Assembly: GCA_027011835.1 (NCBI GenBank)
Contig: JALUZN010000059.1
Coordinates: 1 to 40,508, forward strand
DNA from: Draconibacterium sp.
GTDB lineage: Bacteria; Bacteroidota; Bacteroidia; Bacteroidales; Prolixibacteraceae
Reading direction: 5' to 3'
Length of the DNA: 40,508 nt
Position 1 is the first letter of the stretch. Every line of letters starts with the position of its first letter. Position numbers and translations under genes: made by a program. The notes beneath the pieces are model-generated. The model was not told the origin of the DNA. It did not search any database and saw nothing but the letters and a program-made list of their open reading frames with translations. Shown here piece by piece: positions 18,315-26,562 of the stretch.

Positions 18315-19022
18315 ATGGAGAATATTCCTCAATATAGAAAACTGTACGAGCTGCTTCGGAAACACATTGTTGAAGGTGTTTATGAGGAGGGAAGTTTATT
18401 GCCCTCGGAGAACGAACTTTGTGCAGCTTACGAAATGACCCGCCCGACGGTTCGGCACGCGCTCGATTCGCTGGTTAAAGATGGTTTGATTCTGAAAAAA
18501 CAGGGGAAGGGAAGTATTGTAAGAAAGACGCCCAAAAATATTGGCATTTTATCGATTTCGGGAACTGCCTCGGCGGTGGGTGTTCGTTATTTAAAAACCG
18601 ATATTTTGCAGAAACCAATGATAAAAACATGGCCGGAAAATTTCTCATTTGAACTTTCGGAACTGGAGAAAGAGTCGGGTTGTATTTATATGGAACGCCT
18701 TCGTTTTGTCGAAGATGAACCGGTTTTTTACGACATTAACCATTTGCCAAATATCTACTTGCCGCGTATTACGAATCGTTCGTTCGAAAATCGTTCGTTG
18801 TTCGAAATATTACGAAAAAATTACCAGATAGAGATTCTTGGGGGCGAGCAAAAATTAAAAGCTGTAATGCCCGATAAGCAAATTAAAAAGTTGTTAAAAT
18901 TAAAAACCGGGCAGCCGGTCTTGCATATCGAGCGGAAACTTACTACCAACCGCGAGAACTTTAATATCTATTCCACCATCTATTTTAATTCTGAAAAACA
19001 TGCTATTTTTGGTAGCTTTTAA
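18315..19022 (+). CDS. GntR family (HutC/UTRA) transcriptional regulator
   Basis: LPSENELC...TRPTVRHAL...KKQGKGSIV winged HTH plus UTRA (ERLR, SLFEIL). Confidence 0.92.
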   Translation: MENIPQYRKLYELLRKHIVEGVYEEGSLLPSENELCAAYEMTRPTVRHALDSLVKDGLILKKQGKGSIVRKTPKNIGILSISGTASAVGVRYLKTDILQKPMIKTWPENFSFELSELEKESGCIYMERLRFVEDEPVFYDINHLPNIYLPRITNRSFENRSLFEILRKNYQIEILGGEQKLKAVMPDKQIKKLLKLKTGQPVLHIERKLTTNRENFNIYSTIYFNSEKHAIFGSF

Positions 19023-19047
19023 TTGATAATATTTCGTTAAATTTTTG

Positions 19048-19161
19048 TTTCTCGCAAAGCCGCAAAATCGCAAAGGTCTGATTTTTAGCAAATTGCGGAA
19101 AGTATCTTATGCCTTGTAATTCTCTGTTTATGATGTATTTATAAGAATATACCGAACCATA
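19048..19161. repeat. dispersed repeat R1, second copy
   Basis: Aligns to 9897-10010. Confidence 0.8.
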
Positions 19162-19268
19162 AAATGAAGTTGCGGGCGAGAAATTGTAATCGTTTAACTT
19201 TTACGCAACCTTTTATTGCAAAAATCAGTCTAAATAGTTAGATTACTTTTTTATAAAAAAGACCTGCC

Positions 19269-21836
19269 ATGAAAAAACTATTCTTCCCTTCAATTATCAT
19301 TTCATTGTTGTTTATTTTTAATACTTCGGCGCAAAATTTTTCTGCCGATGCTTATCTCAATTTCCGGGAGAGTGTGGTGGGAATTTCCGAAAACGAACTG
19401 GCAGAAATGTATGTCCGGTCGTCTGATGTTTACCTGAAAGGATTTGCGAATGCAATCTCTTTCGACAAAGTAAATTATCTCGATTCGGTTATTTTAAAAC
19501 TGAAATTAACCAACGACGAACTTGAATTGTTAAAGCAGAATATGTTTTTTGTAACCGAACGGCTGTCGCATAACAATTTCGGAGAAGCTTTTCATACCAT
19601 ATACAATTACGATTTACCGGTTTTTATAACCACCGATGCAATTTTGCATGCGCTGCACATGTCGTACGACCAGATTCTAAAAAATCTTGAGCGGGAAATA
19701 ATGTCGGGTAACATCGAAGAATTTTTAAAGTCGATGTACGATAATTTTGGAACTCTTGAGGAAAAATATGGTAACTCAAAAGCATTGTCAGTTGGTTTGG
19801 CTGATGCCGATTTATTTATCACAATTGCTTACTCGCTTATCTCCGACAAACTTTTGGAAGGACACGTTGCCGATGCAAAGGAAATTAGTAAGGTGTGGGA
19901 GGCAATTCAAAACGAAAAAATGATTGTAATGCCAATGTTTACTTATCCTGACCGTAAACGGAAGCTTGATTTTAGCCAGTTTAAAGTACGCGGGCATTAT
20001 GTTTATACCGATCAGGATAAATGGAGGGGTCTGAAATCGCTCGAGCCATATTTTAAAACAATGATGTGGCTGGGGCGTATGGATTTCTTTTTAACGCCGC
20101 CGTCTGGAAATAAAATAGAAAAGCCGTGGACTGACATCGAAATTCAGCGAATGTATTTTGGTTCGTTTATGGTGAATGAATTGTTGCAAAAATCGAATAA
20201 GCTTGAATTGCTTCAATTTAACGAAACTGTAATAAATTATTTGGTTGGCGAAAGCGATAATCTAACTCCCGAAGAGTATCAAAAAGTTTTAACCGACGAA
20301 GGAATAACTTCGGCAGAACAACTAATTGACGTACCTACATTTTTAAAATTGAAAGACGCTTTAAATAGTAACGCTGAACTTGCTCAGCAAATTTTAAGCG
20401 ATTTCTTTTTTATGGACCCCGGCGGTGATAAACCGGGCGAACTGCCAATTTCGTATCGTGTTTCGGGTCAACGATTTATTATCGATTCATATGTTCTGGG
20501 GAATTTGGTTTTCGACAGGCTTATTCAAAACGGCAGAAAAGTTATGCGAATGATGCCAAAACCAATGGATATACTTTTCCCGCTGGGGAATAACGATGTT
20601 TTACCATTTCTGAAAGATGAATTTGAAAAATATCTATACACCGAACAACTTGCAAATCTCCGGTATATTATCGACGAAAAACCCGATGATTTTTGGTCGG
20701 GCAGTTTGTATAATGTCTGGCTAAATAGTATTCGCGAATTAAATCCGACTGCCGAAAAATCGAAACTACCTCTTTTTATGAAAACTGCCGCCTGGCAACA
20801 GGAAAAGATGAATACACAGTTGGCAAGTTGGTCGCAATTGCGGCACGATAATTTGTTGTATGCCAAGCAGTCGTACACCGGCGGAACAGGTTGTTCGTTT
20901 CCGTATTCTTATGTTGAACCTTATCCCGAGTTTTATGCAAGATTGAAACAATTTGCTCAAAATGCAGGAGACTTTTTTAGTCAACTTCCCGCAACAAATC
21001 CTGAGTTGTACAGGATTGTTCAGTTCTTTCCGCATTTTGAAGAGGTTATGGAAAAACTGGAAAAATTGGCAGAAAAGCAGTTAAATAAAACCCCGTTTTC
21101 GAAAGAAGAAAACGACTGGTTAAAGTCGATGCTTTTTGTTGAGGGCGGAAGTGGAATGCCTCCCTATTCAGGTTGGTACACAAATCTTTTTTACGATAAA
21201 TGGGATGCCGCAGAAGGCGATTTTACTGTTGTTGATGTGCATACGCAACCCACCGATGAGGTTGGGATTGTTGTGGGACGTATTTTACATACAGGAATAG
21301 GGAAGGTTAATCTTGGAGTTTTTGTGGCAAATAATCCTATGACTCAAAACGAATTAATGGCGTATGTTGGGCCGGTAATGTCGTATTACGAGAACATTAC
21401 TGATGATTTTTACCGAATGACCGACCAGGAATGGGAAAAACTTGTGCTCGGCAATAAACTGCCCGAACGCCCCGAGTGGACAAATATTTATCTTGCAGGT
21501 AAAAAAGGAGAGGCCCGGGAAAAGGGTGCCGAATTACCTTCGAAATTATACACTTCGTCGATGAATATCGGAGTTTCGAAACCTGAAATTGTAGCTTATC
21601 CAAATCCTGTAACAAACCGGCTAACTCTGAAAATTTCGACTCAGGAAAATGTTAATGGCGAGATTTCGGTATATACTTCTACCGGAATATTGATTAAACA
21701 AACCGGAACAGAATACTTTACAAGCGGCACAAACACAACGCAAATCTCTTTCGATGAATTATCGGAAGGTTTATATATTGTAAAAGTTTCGTTAAATGGA
21801 ACGAAAAGCTTGGTATTAAAAGTTATCAAAAAATAA
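19269..21836 (+). CDS. DUF3160 domain protein with T9SS C-terminal domain
   Basis: Signal peptide; PVFITTDAILH, DFSQFKVRGHY, YFKTMMWLGR, GQRFIIDS, LASWSQLRHDNLLYAKQSY, YVEPYPEFY; C-terminal AYPNPV...GLYIVKV...KVIKK. Confidence 0.85.
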   Translation: MKKLFFPSIIISLLFIFNTSAQNFSADAYLNFRESVVGISENELAEMYVRSSDVYLKGFANAISFDKVNYLDSVILKLKLTNDELELLKQNMFFVTERLSHNNFGEAFHTIYNYDLPVFITTDAILHALHMSYDQILKNLEREIMSGNIEEFLKSMYDNFGTLEEKYGNSKALSVGLADADLFITIAYSLISDKLLEGHVADAKEISKVWEAIQNEKMIVMPMFTYPDRKRKLDFSQFKVRGHYVYTDQDKWRGLKSLEPYFKTMMWLGRMDFFLTPPSGNKIEKPWTDIEIQRMYFGSFMVNELLQKSNKLELLQFNETVINYLVGESDNLTPEEYQKVLTDEGITSAEQLIDVPTFLKLKDALNSNAELAQQILSDFFFMDPGGDKPGELPISYRVSGQRFIIDSYVLGNLVFDRLIQNGRKVMRMMPKPMDILFPLGNNDVLPFLKDEFEKYLYTEQLANLRYIIDEKPDDFWSGSLYNVWLNSIRELNPTAEKSKLPLFMKTAAWQQEKMNTQLASWSQLRHDNLLYAKQSYTGGTGCSFPYSYVEPYPEFYARLKQFAQNAGDFFSQLPATNPELYRIVQFFPHFEEVMEKLEKLAEKQLNKTPFSKEENDWLKSMLFVEGGSGMPPYSGWYTNLFYDKWDAAEGDFTVVDVHTQPTDEVGIVVGRILHTGIGKVNLGVFVANNPMTQNELMAYVGPVMSYYENITDDFYRMTDQEWEKLVLGNKLPERPEWTNIYLAGKKGEAREKGAELPSKLYTSSMNIGVSKPEIVAYPNPVTNRLTLKISTQENVNGEISVYTSTGILIKQTGTEYFTSGTNTTQISFDELSEGLYIVKVSLNGTKSLVLKVIKK

Positions 21837-22107
21837 AGGTCGTCGTGCGGGTGCTTTTATCATTATAGTTTTTCACAGAATTAGTTTTGTTTGAATGGTT
21901 CACATTCAACACTCAATATTCAAATCTATTTTTTACTTGCCACATTAAAGATTGCATTGTTTTTTCTAAACATGCACGTCCATTTTTGGAAACGGAATAT
22001 TAAATCCTTCCTTTTAGAAGGTTTTAAAAAACAAATCTACCAGTTGTTGTGGCCGGAATAATATTCAATAATCAAATTTGTCCAAAGTCTGCCAACGGGA
22101 ATATTCG

Positions 22108-22389
22108 TTATTTTTCAACAATTGGGTTAATTTTGCCAATGGCACAACTTACAAACGATTTTGCCGCAAGTAATCGACTGTTGTTCCCACTTTCCGGGTA
22201 ACCTAACGATGAGAGTTTATTTTTGAAATTTTGAATTGTATCTTCATTCCCGACAAAAGTTATTGTAACTGTTGAGTTAGAAATATTAATTTCAGCATTG
22301 GTAACCTCATCGAACTTTAAAAGTCCTTTTTTTATTGTTGAAGCACAGCCATTGCACTTCAAATTTTCAATTTTTATTGTTGTTTTCAT
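22108..22389 (-). CDS. heavy-metal-associated (HMA) domain protein, CopZ-like
   Basis: NLKCNGCAST CxxC, C-terminal KSFVSCAIG. Confidence 0.85.
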   Translation of the reverse strand: MKTTIKIENLKCNGCASTIKKGLLKFDEVTNAEINISNSTVTITFVGNEDTIQNFKNKLSSLGYPESGNNSRLLAAKSFVSCAIGKINPIVEK

Positions 22390-22401
22390 TGATTCTGTTT
22401 T

Positions 22402-22755
22402 TTATTTGTTTTGAAACTCAGGAGCTTCTCTGTCGTACTTGCAGCATCCGGGAAGTTTGTCGTAAACTTCGTCTTTTGCTTTGTGATTTTTTGTGTCGTG
22501 TCCAACTTTGGCTACGGCAACTTCAACTTTGTCGGTATTGGTTTTTGAGGCGTCGTAAACGATCTCCAATTTTTTTGTCTCTTTGTTCCAATCGGCTTTC
22601 GAAACTCCGTCAACTGCCAGTGCTGCTTTTTCGATGCGTTTCTCGCACATGCCACAATTTCCGTTTACCAAAAAACTCTCTGTTTTGCTTTGTGCAAAAA
22701 CTGCAAATGTTCCTAAAAAAAACATTGCTACTAAACTTAAAACTTTTGTCTTCAT
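22402..22755 (-). CDS. periplasmic HMA-domain metal-binding protein
   Basis: Signal peptide, GNCGMCEKRIE, YDKLPGCCKY. Confidence 0.87.
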   Translation of the reverse strand: MKTKVLSLVAMFFLGTFAVFAQSKTESFLVNGNCGMCEKRIEKAALAVDGVSKADWNKETKKLEIVYDASKTNTDKVEVAVAKVGHDTKNHKAKDEVYDKLPGCCKYDREAPEFQNK

Positions 22756-22858
22756 CTTTTTTTGTTTTTAAAATGATTAATAAAATACTTTTTTGTGGGC
22801 CTTTTGTTTGCTTTAAATAACCCCGACTTTTACAGGCTGTGTTATAAGATTATTTTTT

Positions 22859-23015
22859 ACCGTTGGATTTATCCAACGGTAATCAGGCAGCCTGACAATA
22901 TTGGATTTTAGTCCTGAGTATAAGTAAGTTGGGCTGAAGCCCGGTTTTTGTGCATTCATAATCCCCGGGATAAATCCCGGGGCTAAATGTAACCTGTAAT
23001 ACGGGTTTTAACCCG
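22859..23015. repeat. REP-like palindrome cluster, family D variant
   Basis: ACCGTTGGATTTATCCAACGGT, GGGCTGAAGCCC, CCCCGGGATAAATCCCGGGG and CGGGTTTTAACCCG between the cusB-like and HMA genes. Confidence 0.8.
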
Positions 23016-23019
23016 GGAA

Positions 23020-24861
23020 CTAAAATTTCCGTTTTACTTCGCCACAATTCATCATTTGCTCGCCGTAATACGGATTTTTTATCTCTTTGTCAGCACTAAT
23101 CCAGAAAGCACCTTTGTCGTTGTTTGCCATTGGGCAGAACTCCAAATAAATTGGTTTACCGGTTTCTGGCCCAAACATATCGATGGCTTTTGTTAGCGCA
23201 TCGGAGAGGATTACAAAATGGCTGCGTTTCATCTCAATCTCTTTCATTGCCACAATCCCGTTCAGGTTATCTTTTATTGGTTTCAACAGTTTCATCCATT
23301 CGATGTGTGCGTCGCCTTTTAACAAACCCATATCAACTTTTTCGAGTTCAGCAAGAACTGTTTTTGCCTCTTTTTCAACCTTTGTTTCATCGGTTGCCAC
23401 GAAACCATCTTTCATTTTCAGGTAGGCGGTTACCACATTCCCGAGTTGCTTTTTAAATTCAGCTGGAGTTTCCTTCGATAAGGAAACCGGCTTTTTTTCA
23501 CTCTTTTCCATGGCTTCCATTTCCTCGTCGGTCATTTCACTGCTACTACCATCTGTCCCCATTTTCGACATGTCGTGCGGGGTTGAGCCTGCGCCTCCAC
23601 TTGGGTTCATCATACTTGGTTTTCCGGCCAACTGTGCCGAAGCGTCGATTTTAAACACGCCGTTTGTTACAATCTCCTCGCCTTCGTGCAAACCTTGCGA
23701 AACCACGTAGAAGTTACCGGTTTCGGGACCCAATACAATTTCGCGATAGATAAACGAGGGGGATTCCCGGTTGGGAACTTTTACGTAAACAACTGCACGT
23801 TTTCCGGTCCAGAGAATCGATGTTTTCGGAATTAAAAGCTGGTTGGTATTTTTTGCAATATTCGATTGTAAAATTCCGTTTACAAACATCTCGGGTTTAA
23901 ACTTTAGTCCGCTGTTTCTCATCTCCACACGTACTTGTGCCACGCGGGTCGATGCGTTAATAAACGGGTCGATGTAAGTAACTTTTGCCGAATAGGTTTT
24001 TCCGGGCAACGACTGAATTGTAAAATCAATTTTATCCCCTTTTTTTATCCAGGGTAAATCCGACTCGTAAGCATCGAACATAATCCAAACGCGGCTTAAA
24101 TCAACCACCTCGAAAAGCGGGTTTCCCTCTTTTACATAGTCGCCAATGGCTATGTCGCGGCGGGTAACTGTTCCGGTAATGGGCGAAAGAATATCGAAAT
24201 AGACACTCGGCTCACCACTGTTTTCAATGCTTTTTATCTGCTCTTCGCTTAAGTCCCAAAGCTTTAATTTGCTACGTGTTGCATCGTAAAACGAAGGGTT
24301 GGTATCTTTGTATTTTGCTGCTTCCAACAGTTCTCGCTGAGCTGTTATTAAGTTGGGTGAATAGATTGAGGCGAGCTTTTGCCCCTTTTTAACATGTTGT
24401 CCTGTGTAATTAATGTACAGTTTTTCAATGCGGCCACCAAAACGAGCAGTGAGTACCGATACATTTCTCTCGTCGGCCTTTACTTTTCCAAGCAGGTAAA
24501 CCGATTTTTCGGGTGCTCCCTCTTTTACAATAAAAGTCTGTACCTCGGCCAGTTTCATTGCCGATTTTGTCATCTGAATTTCATTCGGGTCGGCCTCTTC
24601 ACCGTTGTCGATTGTCTCCAGAGGAATTAAATCCATTCCGCAAATGGGGCAATCGCCGGGTGCATCTTTTTTTATTTGAGGATGCATCGAGCAGGTCCAG
24701 ATTGTCTGGTCGGCACTTGCTTCAGCCGAATGGTCGTGTTCGTCGATAGTTACTGTTTTTGTTGAGCCGAAGAATATACTTCCCAGGGCCAGTCCCATTA
24801 TCAGAGCAATTGCAATTAGTACAACGTCTCTTTTCCCTATTTTTATTTTTTTTGATTTCAT
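23020..24861 (-). CDS. cusB: CusB-like RND periplasmic adaptor with N-terminal metal-binding domain and C-terminal DUF3347-like domain
   Basis: WTCSMHPQI...CPICGMDL, GRIEKLY, KPEMFV, FCPMA...NPYYGEQMMNCG. Confidence 0.85.
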   Translation of the reverse strand: MKSKKIKIGKRDVVLIAIALIMGLALGSIFFGSTKTVTIDEHDHSAEASADQTIWTCSMHPQIKKDAPGDCPICGMDLIPLETIDNGEEADPNEIQMTKSAMKLAEVQTFIVKEGAPEKSVYLLGKVKADERNVSVLTARFGGRIEKLYINYTGQHVKKGQKLASIYSPNLITAQRELLEAAKYKDTNPSFYDATRSKLKLWDLSEEQIKSIENSGEPSVYFDILSPITGTVTRRDIAIGDYVKEGNPLFEVVDLSRVWIMFDAYESDLPWIKKGDKIDFTIQSLPGKTYSAKVTYIDPFINASTRVAQVRVEMRNSGLKFKPEMFVNGILQSNIAKNTNQLLIPKTSILWTGKRAVVYVKVPNRESPSFIYREIVLGPETGNFYVVSQGLHEGEEIVTNGVFKIDASAQLAGKPSMMNPSGGAGSTPHDMSKMGTDGSSSEMTDEEMEAMEKSEKKPVSLSKETPAEFKKQLGNVVTAYLKMKDGFVATDETKVEKEAKTVLAELEKVDMGLLKGDAHIEWMKLLKPIKDNLNGIVAMKEIEMKRSHFVILSDALTKAIDMFGPETGKPIYLEFCPMANNDKGAFWISADKEIKNPYYGEQMMNCGEVKRKF

Positions 24862-24913
24862 CGTGTATGTTTTTTTATTTTGTACGTTTTTTAAATTGAT
24901 TCAAATTTTTGTC

Positions 24914-25100
24914 ATTTCTCAGTCGTGCCTCCTACCAATGGCAGAATTTGTATTAAGACCCTGATCCGTCAGCCGACGGACAGGGTGACGTTCTAATTTA
25001 GCTACACAGTTAACAAATAGCGTCATTCTGAACTTGTTTCAGAATCTCTCTCATCAACTCATTGTGCCTAATAAAAATTAGATAAACTCTCGAAATAACA
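24914..25100. repeat. nested composite repeat (outer hairpin + E module + family-C inverted pair)
   Basis: 24934-25088 aligns with 13999-14162; C units at 24956-24990 and 25021-25047. Confidence 0.85.
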
Positions 25101-25115
25101 GAACTGATATTCATT

Positions 25116-26345
25116 TTAAATTCCCATTAAATAGTTGATAAATGCAATTGCAGCCTGCTTATCGGCACGGGCTTTTTCGAGCTCCAGTGAATATTTTAGC
25201 AGACTTTTTTCCATTCGTAAAATCTCTTCGAAATTCTTTCCGTTCGACGCGTATTCGCTTTCAAGGATTTTGATTGCCCGGCTTGCAAAATTGCTCTGCT
25301 TTTCAAACAGAATAATCCGTCGGTTGGCATCGGCATATTCGCTGTAAACTTTTTCGAAGAGAGTCTCCAATCCGTTTATCTTGTCGGCTTTTTTCTCTTC
25401 AACTGCCTGTTGCTGATAAATGGCTTCGTTAATCATTCCCGAATATTTTTTGCGATAGAGCGGAATGGTAATTCCTACTTTAAGCAGTAGTGCATCTTTC
25501 CCGCTGTTGGTGGCAATTCCACCGGTATTAATTGCGGTGTAGTCGACACCAGCAATAATATTTGGCGAGCCAAGTTTTTTGGCTGCATTCTCCGAACTCT
25601 TGAACGACTGGCGCAGGTAATCCAGACTTTTCAGTTGATGATTATTCAGTGTTAAACTGTCGATAACTGCCTGTTTTGTATAAATCAAATCGTCAATCCA
25701 AAGTATCTCCGGAATTTGAATGTTACTACTTTCGTCAACATTTAACAGGTTGTTGAATTTTACTGTATTTACAAACCATCTGTCTTTCAGCAGTGCCAGA
25801 TTGTTTTCCAAATCGGCCAGTTCCATTTCAACTCTCAGTTCATCGACTCCCGAAGCTTTCCCTGCTTGTATTTTAATCAGCGCAAGGCTTTTGAACGATT
25901 CGAGAATACGAATGTTGTCGAGCGTAATATCGATTCCTTTTTGAATGAAATACAAGTCATAATAGGCCGATTTCACTTCGAAAAACAGGTTCGATTTTGC
26001 CTCTTCGAAATCTTCGTATTTTGCTTTTGCCGCATTTACAAATACATCTTCTTTGCTGTTTAATGTTCCGAACCAGGGGAACATTTGCGAGAGCGATATT
26101 TTTGCATGTTGCGGACCGTTTTTCGTTTCAACAGGCATGATAAAGTAGCCGATTGTTAGCTGCGGGTCGGGTAAAGTTCCCACTTGTGGAATTTTCTCCA
26201 ACGTGGCATTGTACTCGTTAAATTTTGCTTTTAAAGCAGGATTGTTCCGAGCCGCTGTTATTAAGTAGTCGTTTAATTCGTCCTGAGCCGAAACTACACC
26301 GCTGAACAGCATTAGTGCCAGTAATATGTATGTTATCTTTTTCAT
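25116..26345 (-). CDS. TolC family outer-membrane efflux protein (CusC-like)
   Basis: Signal peptide, NNPALKA, LPDPQL, SQMFPWFG, coiled-coil OMF repeats; located in the RND operon. Confidence 0.88.
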   Translation of the reverse strand: MKKITYILLALMLFSGVVSAQDELNDYLITAARNNPALKAKFNEYNATLEKIPQVGTLPDPQLTIGYFIMPVETKNGPQHAKISLSQMFPWFGTLNSKEDVFVNAAKAKYEDFEEAKSNLFFEVKSAYYDLYFIQKGIDITLDNIRILESFKSLALIKIQAGKASGVDELRVEMELADLENNLALLKDRWFVNTVKFNNLLNVDESSNIQIPEILWIDDLIYTKQAVIDSLTLNNHQLKSLDYLRQSFKSSENAAKKLGSPNIIAGVDYTAINTGGIATNSGKDALLLKVGITIPLYRKKYSGMINEAIYQQQAVEEKKADKINGLETLFEKVYSEYADANRRIILFEKQSNFASRAIKILESEYASNGKNFEEILRMEKSLLKYSLELEKARADKQAAIAFINYLMGI

Positions 26346-26391
26346 TATATTTTTGTATTAAACTCTTGATTTGTTAATTCAATTATCATTG

Positions 26392-26526
26392 ACCCTTCTG
26401 CCTCTCGGCATCTCCCCTCGAGAGGGGAGAAAGTTCTAATCAACTTTTTGCGGAACAATGAATTCTGCTGAATCTTTGTTTCTTCATCTTTCCCTTTTGC
26501 GGGAAAGTGCCGGTAGGCGAAAGGGT
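26392..26526. repeat. inverted pair of hairpin repeats, family F (ACCCTT.GCCT..CGGCA..TCCC...GGG)
   Basis: 26392-26430 ACCCTTCTGCCTCTCGGCATCTCCCCTCGAGAGGGGAGA versus reverse complement of 26487-26526 ACCCTTTCGCCTACCGGCACTTTCCCGCAAAAGGGAAAGA. Confidence 0.78.
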
Positions 26527-26562
26527 AGGATGAGCTACCAAAGTTTATTATTGTATTCATAT

